64,000 nt of DNA from Flavobacteriales bacterium (GTDB taxonomy: Bacteria > Bacteroidota > Bacteroidia > Flavobacteriales_F > PHOS-HE28): the NCBI GenBank assembly GCA_019638115.1, contig JAHBUK010000001.1:512238-576237 (forward strand). Reading direction: 5' to 3'. Every line of letters starts with the position of its first letter. Position 1 is the stretch's first letter. Positions 44,923-54,453 of this stretch are shown piece by piece. Below the pieces are notes generated by a model, which saw only the letters and a list, made by a program, of their open reading frames with translations, had not been told where the DNA came from and searched no databases. The position numbers and the translations under genes were made by a program.

Positions 44923-45606
44923 TCAATTCGCCTTGATGGCGACATTGACATTCGCCCCCTTCCCATACTCCGGCACCAAGTACGCCAAGTCATCAAAGTG
45001 CTGTGCTTGGTAGCGCTCCAGTGCCCCTGCCAGCATGAACGCAGCTGAAGGACGGACACCCTCCATTTGTGTGATGCCAGACTGCTTCGTCCAGAGTTGT
45101 GCGGCCTTGTCCGCACCATCCCCGAACACCACACGGGCTTCCGGTAACGCTGCCCAGGCCTCGTCCAGGATCAAGGGTGCGGCATCGGCCATGGCTTGGC
45201 CATCGGGCTTGTAGGGCTGCGCGAAGACCTCCATGCGGCGGGCATCGATCATTGGCCAAAGCGTGCCGGTGAAAGGGCCATGCTGCTGGCGTGCGGCAGC
45301 CACCAGCGTGCCCAAGGTGGAGAGACCGATGATGGGCTTTTCCAGCGCGTAGCACAGGCCCTTGGCGGCGCTGAGGCCGATGCGCAGGCCGGTGTAGCTG
45401 CCCGGCCCGATGCCCACGGCCACGGCATCGAGGTCCTTCAGCGGCAAGCCCGCCTCTTCCATCACCTCGGCAATGAAGACGTTGACCTTCTCGGCGTGCG
45501 CGAGCTTCTCGCTGTCGATCTCGCGGATGGCCAGGAGCTGCTCCCCACGGCCCAGGGCCACGGAGCAGAGCTTGGTGGCGGTCTCGATGGTGAGGAGGAG
45601 CGGCAT
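44923..45606 (-). CDS. tsaB: tRNA threonylcarbamoyladenosine biosynthesis protein TsaB (YeaZ)
   Basis: MPLLLTIETATKLCSVAL…VGIGPGSYTGLRIGLSAAKG is the inactive Kae1/YgjD-like fold typical of TsaB. Confidence 0.85.
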   Translation of the reverse strand: MPLLLTIETATKLCSVALGRGEQLLAIREIDSEKLAHAEKVNVFIAEVMEEAGLPLKDLDAVAVGIGPGSYTGLRIGLSAAKGLCYALEKPIIGLSTLGTLVAAARQQHGPFTGTLWPMIDARRMEVFAQPYKPDGQAMADAAPLILDEAWAALPEARVVFGDGADKAAQLWTKQSGITQMEGVRPSAAFMLAGALERYQAQHFDDLAYLVPEYGKGANVNVAIKAN

Positions 45607-45681
45607 GGTGCGCGAAGCTATGCAGCTTGGTCGCAGCAAGACCCCTATCTACCCGATATCAAGCGGGACGTCTTCCAGTGT

Positions 45682-47514
45682 TCAACGGCAGTAGCTGGCG
45701 ACCGCTTCTGCAGCACGTGGGTGCCCAAGGCCAGCAGCGCGTGCAAGGGAAGCACAACCATCAGCCCCCGTCCGCTCTTCGCTGAGCCCCAGAATGAACC
45801 AGGCCTCGGCATTGTCCGGCTCCTGCTGCATCACTGCGCGAGCGTAATTCAAGCTCAGATCGAAGTTGGCCAACCAGCCATGGCTGATGGCCAGGTTGAG
45901 CTTCACTTGTGCTGCGGTCTCACCCTGCTTCAAGGAACGCTCGAAGTACTGCACGGCACTCGCATGATCATTGAGCATAGCGAAGCAGAGACCAAGCAGA
46001 TGATCCCGTTCACCCCGTTTCTCCATGGGCACCTCTGCAACGCGGAGATCTTCCAAAGCGCCGTTGGCATTGCCTCGTGCTATGTTCAGTTTGGCCCTGG
46101 CCATTCGTGCGCGCCAGACACCACGCCAATCCTTTCCCCGTGAAATAACCTGCGAGTAAGCCAGGAAGGCTTCCTCCGATCGCCCGCTCTTGTTCAAGAG
46201 GTCGGCTTGCAGTTGGCGTGCTTCCAAGAGCCCTGGATCCAAAGCCAAGGCTGCACTCAGGTGAACAGCAGCTTGCTCTGGATCGCCGTTCGCCACAAGT
46301 TGCGCTGCCATGTTCATGTGCGCCATTTCGCTATTGGGGTAGCGCTCCAGGGCATGGGCAAATAGCTGCTGCGGTTCGCACCAATCCTGGACCCGCTGCA
46401 CGGTGAGGATGACCAGCGGTACACTGATGGCGAATAGCGGCCAAGGCGCATACCGATATCGCTGGGCCACACCCACTGTGATCACCACAAGCGCCGCAAT
46501 TGGCAAGTACGCATAGCGGTCCGCACTGACCATGGAGCCAAAGGGTACCAGTTGTGCGACCGGCAACACCAAAGCGGCCAGGACCAGGCCCATGCCCACT
46601 GCTTTCCATCGCCTTTGCCATAGTGCAAATGACCACAGCAGCATGCACGCGATGAACGCCGCCACCCAAGCCCATACCACAGGATCATCCATACGCGGCA
46701 AGGGTTTCACGATGGACACGCTCCATGGCCACAACGCGGTATAGTATGGCATCAGCGCTGCTTGTGCAACCACAACGAAGCGTGCTAACACAGCACCATC
46801 GCGCTGGGCATGCACGTAGCTGCCTTCCACCTGTCCTTGCAGGCCGAACCACGCAGCGGCAACGGCGAACAGGAACACCGGTAAAAGTTCGAGCCAACGC
46901 TTGCGCTGCACGGGCCAGCCGCTCTGCACTACCAGCAAACCAAACAGCACGACCGGCAGTGACACCGCCTGAACCTTGGATAGCATTGCGGCCAAGGAGG
47001 CCAACAACACCAGCGGATAGTGGGTCCACCCCGCACTGCGTAGGTGGTTCACGTAAGCCCAACAAGCCAATAGGATGAAGCCAGCGAAGAGCAGGTTCTT
47101 CCGCTCAGAGATCCAGGCCACACTTTCCACCTGTGCGGGATGCACCAGGAAGAGCACCGCACCCGCCACCAACAACCACGCTGACGCATTGGTGAAGAGC
47201 GATCGTAAAAGCAGGAAGAGCAGGAACGCATTGATGCCATGCAACGCCACGTTGGTAACGTGATGAAGCTGTGCTTCACCGCTGCCAAAGTGCTCGTCCA
47301 CTGCGAGCGAGAGCATGGTGAGCGGATGGTAGTTGCCTTGTACCTGGTGAAAGGCAGAGGAGACGCTAACAAGCACCTCGCGTGCCGCAGAACGATACGC
47401 TGCATCGTCCCACGGGAACTCAGCGCATGGTAGCACGTGCCAGTACAACAAGAACGCGATGCCCGCGAAAGCGATGAGCGCGCCGGTGTTGTCCAGCCAG
47501 TTGAGCCGTTTCAT
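45682..47514 (-). CDS. Polytopic membrane protein with C-terminal TPR repeats (TMTC/PMT_2-like, DUF1736-type putative glycosyl/mannosyltransferase)
   Basis: About 10 N-terminal TM helices with a conserved region HPLTMLSLAVDEHFG, then a C-terminal ~200-aa TPR region. Confidence 0.65.
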   Translation of the reverse strand: MKRLNWLDNTGALIAFAGIAFLLYWHVLPCAEFPWDDAAYRSAAREVLVSVSSAFHQVQGNYHPLTMLSLAVDEHFGSGEAQLHHVTNVALHGINAFLLFLLLRSLFTNASAWLLVAGAVLFLVHPAQVESVAWISERKNLLFAGFILLACWAYVNHLRSAGWTHYPLVLLASLAAMLSKVQAVSLPVVLFGLLVVQSGWPVQRKRWLELLPVFLFAVAAAWFGLQGQVEGSYVHAQRDGAVLARFVVVAQAALMPYYTALWPWSVSIVKPLPRMDDPVVWAWVAAFIACMLLWSFALWQRRWKAVGMGLVLAALVLPVAQLVPFGSMVSADRYAYLPIAALVVITVGVAQRYRYAPWPLFAISVPLVILTVQRVQDWCEPQQLFAHALERYPNSEMAHMNMAAQLVANGDPEQAAVHLSAALALDPGLLEARQLQADLLNKSGRSEEAFLAYSQVISRGKDWRGVWRARMARAKLNIARGNANGALEDLRVAEVPMEKRGERDHLLGLCFAMLNDHASAVQYFERSLKQGETAAQVKLNLAISHGWLANFDLSLNYARAVMQQEPDNAEAWFILGLSEERTGADGCASLARAAGLGHPRAAEAVASYCR

Positions 47515-47658
47515 TCCGCCTTCAAGCATTGGGTTCCCGGTCTTGTCGCCATGCCTTCAAAGATGATGAACCCACTGACAAAACACACGAAGGCACGATG
47601 GGTGCAGGAAGCACTGCTCCCCTCCCATCGTGCCAACGCACTTGTACGGTGGACCAGC

Positions 47659-47958
47659 TCAGCTGTTGAAGATGGCCGGCAGCTTCATGGCCACGCTCAT
47701 GTCGCCACCGATCTTCACCTGGCCGCTCATCACGGCGGCCATGGGGTTCTGCTCGCCGGTAAGGAGCGCGTGGAACACCTCGGGTGATACGGTCACGATG
47801 CAGTCGGCGTCCTTCTTCTCCGTGGAGACGACGTTGCCGCTGCCGGTGCCGTCCACGTGGACGCTGTCGTCACCGAGGTCGAAGCGGATGGTGTTGCCCA
47901 GGGCGGCAGCGTTGGCGGCCTTCTGGTTCACGAGGGGGAGAATGTCGTTCAGGGTCAT
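47659..47958 (-). CDS. SCP2 sterol-carrier domain protein (standalone, 99 aa)
   Basis: Closely related to the C-terminal ~100 aa of the adjacent ACAD (…VKISGDMSVAMKLPAIFNS vs …LKISGDMGVAMKLQTVFG). Confidence 0.75.
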   Translation of the reverse strand: MTLNDILPLVNQKAANAAALGNTIRFDLGDDSVHVDGTGSGNVVSTEKKDADCIVTVSPEVFHALLTGEQNPMAAVMSGQVKIGGDMSVAMKLPAIFNS

Positions 47959-48000
47959 TGGAATGGTTGGGGTTTCAGGTTAGCACTACGGTTGCAAAAA

Positions 48001-48075
48001 CGCACCGGCAGCGTCGACCCTCCGGGTCGACATACCGGTGCGTAAGAGGCTGGCAGGTCGACCCAATGGGTCGAC
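48001..48075. repeat. Two GTCGACCC-N-GGGTCGAC palindromic hairpins (the first nested in a CGCACCGG…CCGGTGCG outer stem), between the ACAD-SCP2 and SCP2 genes
   Basis: 48013-48031 GTCGACCCTCCGGGTCGAC and 48057-48075 GTCGACCCAATGGGTCGAC. Same GACCC-N-GGGTC family as the array at 54076-55156. Confidence 0.65.
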
Positions 48076-48124
48076 GGTACAGGTGCAAGGAAGGAAGGTG
48101 GTGCATTGTTGGGATCGCAGCATC

Positions 48125-49672
48125 CTATCCGAACACCGTCTGCAGTTTCATGGCCACGCCCATGTCGCCGCTGATCTTCAGCTTGCCGGTCATCATGGCG
48201 GTCATGGGGTTGAGTTCGCCTTTGGTGAGGGCGAGGAAGTCCTCCAGGCTCACCTTCACAGTGCAGTCGGCGTCCTTGTCGTCGGCGGTGGCGATGTTGC
48301 TGTCGCCAGTGCCGTCGAGGAAGAGCTTGTGCTCCCCGAAGTCGAACTTGAGGGTCTTGCCGAGCGGCTTCTTCTGGCCGGCACGCTCGCGCACACCTTC
48401 CAGCAGGCGGTTGAAGTCGACGCCATTGCCATTGGATGCGGGTGCGGGCGCGGGAACCGCTTCCACAGCGGGCATGGCCTTGGGCGCGGCCGCCTTGGGG
48501 GCCTTCTCGCTGGCACTGGCATAGCTCACCTCGTCGATCACCATCTTGGCGATGATGTCGCGCATGATCTCGCTGGTGCCGCCGCCGATGGTGCCCACAC
48601 GGCTGTCGCGGAACATGCGGGCGATCTTGTACTCCTCCATGAAGCCGTAGCCGCCGAAGTGTTGCAGGCAGGTGGTCATCACCTTGTCGCTGAGCTCGGT
48701 GGCGAGCAGCTTGGCCATGGAACACTCCTTCACGGCATAGTGGCCATCGGCGTGCATGCGGCTGCAGTGGCGCACGAACTGCTTGGTGCTCTCGATCTCG
48801 GAGGCCATCTGCGCCACGCGGTGACGCAGTACTTGGAACTTGTTGATCGGACGCCCGAAGGCTTCGCGGGCGGCCATGTATTCCAGCGTGTAGGTCAGCG
48901 CGCTCTCGCAGGCCGCGTAGGCGCTGATGGCACCGGCCAGGCGCTCCAACTGCAGGCCACCCATCAGGTAGTAGAAGCCCTGCCCCTCTTCCCCGATGAG
49001 GTTCTCTGCGGGCACCTTCACGTTGTCGAAGCCCAGTTCGGCGGTGTCGCTGGCGTGCCAGCCCAGCTTCTTCAGCTTGGTGGTGGTGATGCCCGGCAAC
49101 GCCTTATCGACCACCAGCAGGCTCACGCCACCGGCGCCGGCCTTGGGGTCGGTCTTCACCACGGCCACGATGAAGTCGCCGTACACGCCGTTGGTGATGA
49201 AGGTCTTGCTGCCGTTCACCACGTAATGGTCGCCCTGGCGCACGGCTGTGGTCTGGATGTTGGCCACATCGCTGCCGGCACCGGGTTCGCTGATGCCGAT
49301 GCAACCCACCAGCTCACCGCTGATGATGCCCGGCAGGTACTTCTTCTTCAGCGCTTCGGTGCCGTACTTCAGGATGTACGGGCTGCTCATGTACTGCACC
49401 ACCAGTTGGCTGATGGTGAAGCCGCCGGAGAAGACGCGCGAGGTCTCCTCGCAGAAGACGACGTCGTAGAAGAAGTCGAGCTCCAGCCCGCCATATTCCT
49501 TCGGGTATCCCAAGCCCAGGAAGCCCATGTCGCCCATCTTCTTCCAGATGTCGCGCGGGATGCGGCCCTGTTCTTCCCAGGTCTCGATGTGTGGCACCAC
49601 TTCCTTTTGGAGGAAGGAGCGGAGGCTTTCGCGGAAGAGTTCGTGTTCTTCGGTGAAGTAGTAGGCATCCAT
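48125..49672 (-). CDS. Acyl-CoA dehydrogenase with a fused C-terminal SCP2 sterol-carrier domain
   Basis: ACAD N-terminal, middle and C-terminal domains (GISEPGAGSD; the catalytic Glu in YEGTSEI-like GGTSEIMRDII), a ~40-aa Ala/Pro linker, then an SCP2 domain. Confidence 0.85.
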   Translation of the reverse strand: MDAYYFTEEHELFRESLRSFLQKEVVPHIETWEEQGRIPRDIWKKMGDMGFLGLGYPKEYGGLELDFFYDVVFCEETSRVFSGGFTISQLVVQYMSSPYILKYGTEALKKKYLPGIISGELVGCIGISEPGAGSDVANIQTTAVRQGDHYVVNGSKTFITNGVYGDFIVAVVKTDPKAGAGGVSLLVVDKALPGITTTKLKKLGWHASDTAELGFDNVKVPAENLIGEEGQGFYYLMGGLQLERLAGAISAYAACESALTYTLEYMAAREAFGRPINKFQVLRHRVAQMASEIESTKQFVRHCSRMHADGHYAVKECSMAKLLATELSDKVMTTCLQHFGGYGFMEEYKIARMFRDSRVGTIGGGTSEIMRDIIAKMVIDEVSYASASEKAPKAAAPKAMPAVEAVPAPAPASNGNGVDFNRLLEGVRERAGQKKPLGKTLKFDFGEHKLFLDGTGDSNIATADDKDADCTVKVSLEDFLALTKGELNPMTAMMTGKLKISGDMGVAMKLQTVFG

Positions 49673-49815
49673 TGTTCTGGGGTAAGGGAGGTGAAGGAGG
49701 TGAGGGTGGTGAAGGAGGAGGGCTCTCGTGATGGGGAAGCACCTGTTCCCTCAATCACCATTCTCGCTTTCTCTCCATTTGTTGTTCGCGTTGTGCTTGG
49801 TCGTTCGTAACGGTT

Positions 49816-50604
49816 CTATGTAGTGGCCGTTTCCCGGCGCACCAGCCACTGTTGCAGGCCGTAGGGGATCAGGCGGCGCATGCCGAAGAGGAACCGCATG
49901 CGGGCGCCGGTAACGATGAAGTCGCGCCCGCTGGTGTAGGCGTTCCACACATCGTCGGCTACCTCTTCCGCCGTGGTGGTGGCCAGACCCTTGAAGGTGC
50001 GCACGCCGTCCAATCCGTTGGCGCTCTTGAAGGCGGTATCACTGATGGCGCTGGGGCACACTGTGAGGCAGCGCACCTTGCTCTTGCGCAGTCGCAGTTC
50101 CTCCTGCAGCGCACGACTGAACTGGTACACGAAGGCCTTGGTGGCCGCGTAGGTGTTCATGCGGGCCACGGGTTGGAAGGCGCTGTTGGAGGCGATCTGG
50201 ATGATGGTGCCCGCGTCGCGCTTCAGCATGTCGTCCAAGAAGAGGCGCGTGAGGCGGTAGGTGGCCTCCACGTTGGTGCGGATCATCGCCACCTCGCGCT
50301 CCACGGGGATATCGCTCACGTAGCCGTAGGTGCCGAAGCCAGCATTGTTCACCAGGGTATCCACAGACCAACCGTTGCTGGTGACCCAGTCGTACACGGC
50401 CTGTGCGCTTTCGGCCTTGGAAAGGTCGATGGCCAGGATCTCCACCTGCGCCTGGTTGAACTCGGTCTGCAAGGCGGCCTTGGCTTTGATGAGCTCGTTC
50501 TGGTCCAGCGCCACCCACAGCAGCTTGTACCCGCCACGCGCAAAACGACGCGACATGGCGTAGCCGATGCCGCTGGAACCTCCGGTGATTAGCGCTGTCC
50601 TCAT
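49816..50604 (-). CDS. Short-chain dehydrogenase/reductase family oxidoreductase
   Basis: TGGSSGIGYA (Rossmann) and Y-x3-K. The start is at MRTALITG. Confidence 0.8.
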   Translation of the reverse strand: MRTALITGGSSGIGYAMSRRFARGGYKLLWVALDQNELIKAKAALQTEFNQAQVEILAIDLSKAESAQAVYDWVTSNGWSVDTLVNNAGFGTYGYVSDIPVEREVAMIRTNVEATYRLTRLFLDDMLKRDAGTIIQIASNSAFQPVARMNTYAATKAFVYQFSRALQEELRLRKSKVRCLTVCPSAISDTAFKSANGLDGVRTFKGLATTTAEEVADDVWNAYTSGRDFIVTGARMRFLFGMRRLIPYGLQQWLVRRETATT

Positions 50605-52034
50605 AGGCGTGCGATGCGCTTGGCCCATTGCATGAGCGTGCTGTTATAGGGCGGGAATATCATGCTGAGCGTACCCCAGCTGCGTTTCAGCACACCGCGT
50701 TCGTTGCTGAACTCCACGAAGCCGTGGCGGCCGTTGCTCTTGCCGATGCCGCTGTTGTTCACGCCACCGAAAGGCAGCAAGGGATTCGATGCGGTGACCA
50801 TCACATCGTTGATCGCGGTACCGCCCGCAGTGGTGTTGTGCAGCAGGAACTCGGTGTTGCGGCGGCTGTTGCTCATGATGTAGAGCGCGAGGGGGCGTTC
50901 CAGCCGGGCGATCAGCGCGGGTACTTCCTTCAGGTCGGTGAAGGTGATCACGGGCAGCACCGGCCCGAAGATCTCCTCGCGCATGATGGCCATGTCGGCC
51001 GTGACATCGATGAGCACGTGCGGGGCGATGAACTTCTCGTCCTCCACCAGCTCGCCGCCAATGGCCACGCGAGCGCCCTTGGCCACGGCATCGTCGATCA
51101 GGCCTTTCACCCGCTGGAAGTTGCGCGTGTTGATGATGCGGCCGTACTCCTGCGAGGCGCGCACACCCTTGCCCTGCGTGTCGTACATGCGCTCCACGCG
51201 CTCCGCGAAGGCCTTCAGGAAGGGTTCCAGGCGGCTTTGGTGGATGAGCAGGTAATCCGGCGCGATGCAGGTCTGGCCCGCGTTCACGCACTTGCCCCAG
51301 GTGATCTTCTCGGCGGCCTTGGCGGCATCGCAGGTGTCGTCCACGATCACGGGCGACTTGCCGCCCAGCTCCAACGTGACGCTGGTGAGGTGCTCGGAAG
51401 CGGCCTTCATCACCACCTTGCCCACGGCCGGACTGCCCGTGAAGAAGATGTGGTGCCAGGGCTTGGCCAGCAGCGCGGTGGTGGTGGGCACATCGCCTTC
51501 CACCACGGCCACTTCGCGCTCCTCGAAGAGCTCGCCGATCATCTTCTTGAGGAAGGCGGAGGTGTGCGCAGCCACTTCGGAAGGCTTCAGCAGCACCACG
51601 TTGCCTGCGGCGATCGCGTGGATGAGCGGGTTGATGGCCAGTTGCAGCGGATAGTTCCACGGCGCGATCACCAGCACGTGGCCCTTGGGTTCGTGGCGCA
51701 CGAAGGCCTTCAGACCGGCCATGGCCAGCGGCACGCCGGTGGGACGGTCCTTCACCCAGTCGTGCAGCTCGTCGTAGATGTGCTTCATGCACGCGAGCAC
51801 GGGCAGCAGCTCGGTGGCGATGGCCTCTTCGCGGCACTTGTGCAGGTCGTGCCACAGCGCTTCGGTCCACTCCTGCTGGTGCTTCTCGTCCAGCAGGTAG
51901 CGCTCGACCTTGCGGATGCGGGCGATCCGCTCCTTCTCGCTGGTGCCCTTCGCCAGTTGCAGGTTGGCATCGGTGTGCTGCAGCGCGAAGAGCCGTTCGG
52001 CCTCGGCGATGTTGTGGAATCGGTCGTTGCTCAT
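50601..52034 (-). CDS. Aldehyde dehydrogenase (class-3 / fatty-aldehyde-dehydrogenase-like)
   Basis: ELGGKSP (catalytic Glu region) and GQTCIAPDY (catalytic Cys). The start at MSNDRF overlaps the upstream stop. Confidence 0.85.
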   Translation of the reverse strand: MSNDRFHNIAEAERLFALQHTDANLQLAKGTSEKERIARIRKVERYLLDEKHQQEWTEALWHDLHKCREEAIATELLPVLACMKHIYDELHDWVKDRPTGVPLAMAGLKAFVRHEPKGHVLVIAPWNYPLQLAINPLIHAIAAGNVVLLKPSEVAAHTSAFLKKMIGELFEEREVAVVEGDVPTTTALLAKPWHHIFFTGSPAVGKVVMKAASEHLTSVTLELGGKSPVIVDDTCDAAKAAEKITWGKCVNAGQTCIAPDYLLIHQSRLEPFLKAFAERVERMYDTQGKGVRASQEYGRIINTRNFQRVKGLIDDAVAKGARVAIGGELVEDEKFIAPHVLIDVTADMAIMREEIFGPVLPVITFTDLKEVPALIARLERPLALYIMSNSRRNTEFLLHNTTAGGTAINDVMVTASNPLLPFGGVNNSGIGKSNGRHGFVEFSNERGVLKRSWGTLSMIFPPYNSTLMQWAKRIARL

Positions 52035-53725
52035 GGCTGCTCCCAGATCACGGTTGAAGGTTCTTCGTGCCAACGCAGGTAGTGGTCCGCATAGCGCGCA
52101 TCGATGCGTTCGCGGCGCACCTTCAGCGTGGGCGTGAGCAGTTGGTTGTCCTCGCTCCAGACTTCTTGCGTTATGACAATGGTCGACACGCGCTCGTGGT
52201 TCGCGCAGCCGGTGTTGACCTTGTTCAAGTGTTCGTTCAATTCGATCAGCATGATACCGCGCTCGGCCTTCAGGGCATCGGCGTTCAGGTTGACCAGTGC
52301 GATCGGCTGCGGACAGGTCATGCCCACCAGGCACACCTGCTCGATGTGCGGACAGGTGGACAAGCGCTCCTCGATGGGGTTGGGCACGATGAACTGGCCC
52401 TTGGCGGTCTTGAACGCGTCGTTGATCCGGCCGGTGAGGTACAGGTAGCCCTTGTCGTCCATGTGGCCCTTGTCGCCGCTGTGGATCCAGCCATCGGGCA
52501 GCACCTGGGCCGTCATCTCCGGCTCCTTGTAGTAGCCCATAATGGCGTGCGGCGTTTTCATGAGGATCTCGCCGTTGCTGGGGTCAATGCGCACTTCGCA
52601 GAAGGGCACCACACGGCCCACGCTGTTCTCCGGCGTATCCGGATCCACGCCGTTGCTGATGGAACCGCAGGCCTCGGTCATGCCGTAGCTCTCGATCAGG
52701 TGGATGCCCAGCTTGCGGAAGAAGCGCTTGATGTGCTTTGGCGTGATCGCCGCGCCGGTGGCCACGGTGCGCACATCACGCATGCCGAGGCCCGTGCGGA
52801 TCTTGTTGCGCACGATGCCACCGATCACAGGCAGCGACAGCAGCAGGTTCAGCCGCTTCTCCGGCATCCGCGCCAGCACGCCCTGGTGGAACTTGGTCCA
52901 GATGCGCGGCACCGCGAAGAGCATGGTGGGCTGCGTGTCCTGCAAGTTGTAGATGAAGGTGTCGATGCTTTCGCCGAAGGAGATGGTGCCGCCGGATGCG
53001 AGGCAGCTGACCTCCACGCCAATGCGTTCGCCCACGTGGTTCAGCGGCAGGAAGCTGAAGTACTTCTGGTGCGGCACTTTGAAGATGCCGATGAAGTTGG
53101 TGAGCTTCTCCCCGCGGATGATCAGCGCTGGCGTGCGGTAGCGATGCATCACGCCTTTCGGGCTGCCCGTGGTGCCGCTGGTGAAGAGGATGGTCCAGAG
53201 CTCGTCCAGCCCGGGTTTGTGGATGTCCTGCACCGGTTCATGCGCGGCGAGGAGCATATCCCAGTCGTGGCCGATGTCCACCTGTGCATTGCCCGGGTAG
53301 TGCGGGAAGCGGATGCAGGTGACGCCCTCAGGGATCACCTCGGATTTGTCCCCCCACTGCTCCAGCTTGCCGATGAAGAGCGCCTTCACATCGCTACGGC
53401 GCAGCAGGTCGGCAAGCGAAGCCTTGGGGGTGCTGGCGTAGAAGGGCACCGATACGTGCCCGCCCATCATGATCGCGAGGTCGGCGAGGATCCAGTGATG
53501 GCAGTTCTTGGAGAGGATGCCGATGTGGTCGCCCTTCCGCAGCCCCAGTGCGCGCAGGGCACCCACCATGCGTCGTGCGATTGTGCCCGCTTCCGCGTAG
53601 GTCCACGTACGCCATTCGCGGCCATAGGGTTGGCGCAGGAACACCGCGTCGGGCGTGATGCGCTCCCAGTGGAGGAAGTCGTCCAGCGGGGTGCGGAGGT
53701 CCTGGTATAGGGCGTCGGTGTTCAC
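52031..53725 (-). CDS. AMP-dependent acyl-CoA synthetase/ligase (long-chain fatty-acid-CoA-ligase-like)
   Basis: AMP-binding motif ILFTSGTTGSPKGV and a C-terminal lid. The true start is uncertain (a GTG at 53725 avoids overlap with the 53754-54029 ORF; the annotated Met is at 53806). Confidence 0.8.
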   Translation of the reverse strand: MNTDALYQDLRTPLDDFLHWERITPDAVFLRQPYGREWRTWTYAEAGTIARRMVGALRALGLRKGDHIGILSKNCHHWILADLAIMMGGHVSVPFYASTPKASLADLLRRSDVKALFIGKLEQWGDKSEVIPEGVTCIRFPHYPGNAQVDIGHDWDMLLAAHEPVQDIHKPGLDELWTILFTSGTTGSPKGVMHRYRTPALIIRGEKLTNFIGIFKVPHQKYFSFLPLNHVGERIGVEVSCLASGGTISFGESIDTFIYNLQDTQPTMLFAVPRIWTKFHQGVLARMPEKRLNLLLSLPVIGGIVRNKIRTGLGMRDVRTVATGAAITPKHIKRFFRKLGIHLIESYGMTEACGSISNGVDPDTPENSVGRVVPFCEVRIDPSNGEILMKTPHAIMGYYKEPEMTAQVLPDGWIHSGDKGHMDDKGYLYLTGRINDAFKTAKGQFIVPNPIEERLSTCPHIEQVCLVGMTCPQPIALVNLNADALKAERGIMLIELNEHLNKVNTGCANHERVSTIVITQEVWSEDNQLLTPTLKVRRERIDARYADHYLRWHEEPSTVIWEQP

Positions 53726-53753
53726 GAGAGTGCAACCAATGGATGAATGCGCT

Positions 53754-54029
53754 TCATTCTTTCGATGCGATGTACTCGGATAGGTGCAACTCCACTCCTG
53801 CCTCAAGCAGTTGCTTCATCATATCGAGCGTGATAACAGCACCACCACCGCTGGCATCCTCTCGGACCATGAAGCCGATATCCGCGACGTAGGGCCCATT
53901 TGTAAGTGAAGAGCTATTGGCCTTCAACCACTGCTCCAATTGGAACACTTGTGAAGCTAGGTCCCAGGTCTCAACATCGAGTCCTGGAATAGGGCTCCTG
54001 TCTTCCGCTCGGTATAGGTAGATGGGCAT
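53754..54029 (-). CDS. Small hypothetical protein (91 aa) at the edge of a lower-GC islet
   Basis: ~50% GC against ~62% in the flanks; no recognisable motif. Confidence 0.35.
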   Translation of the reverse strand: MPIYLYRAEDRSPIPGLDVETWDLASQVFQLEQWLKANSSSLTNGPYVADIGFMVREDASGGGAVITLDMMKQLLEAGVELHLSEYIASKE

Positions 54030-54075
54030 TGCAGTTGCTTGTCTTTAGGCCTTGTTACTCGGTACGAGATGCTCT

Positions 54076-54412
54076 ATGACCCCGCTGGGGTCATGAACAA
54101 CGCGGTGGCGAACGGGGCTATGCTCTGCGACCCCTCCGGGGTCGGATCCCACGCCGGGGCGATCCGGACTAATATCTGTGACCCCTCCGGGGTCATGCGC
54201 ATCATCACAGTGCTCCCTTGAACTGCTCTGATCAACGACCCTGACAGGGTCAACCGTGCCACCAGCTTCTTTCGGACAAATATCCGTGACGCTTAAGGGG
54301 TCATGCGGATCCATATAGTACCACCTACCATGGCTCGCATCATCGACCCTGAAAGGGTCGCAGACATTGGCAACGAAACGCCACGCAGGAAGCCCGACCC
54401 CGGAGGGGTCGC
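54076..54412. repeat. Array of seven GACCC(C)-N3-5-(G)GGGTC palindromic (REP-like) repeats
   Basis: 54076-54094 ATGACCCCGCTGGGGTCAT; 54128-54144 CGACCCCTCCGGGGTCG; 54179-54195 TGACCCCTCCGGGGTCA; 54237-54251 GACCCTGACAGGGTC; 54287-54304 TGACGCTTAAGGGGTCA (imperfect); 54345-54361 CGACCCTGAAAGGGTCG; 54396-54412 CGACCCCGGAGGGGTCG. Confidence 0.75.
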
Positions 54413-54453
54413 AGAGCAAAGAAGCTGACTCCGAACTCAAATGCAGACTCATG

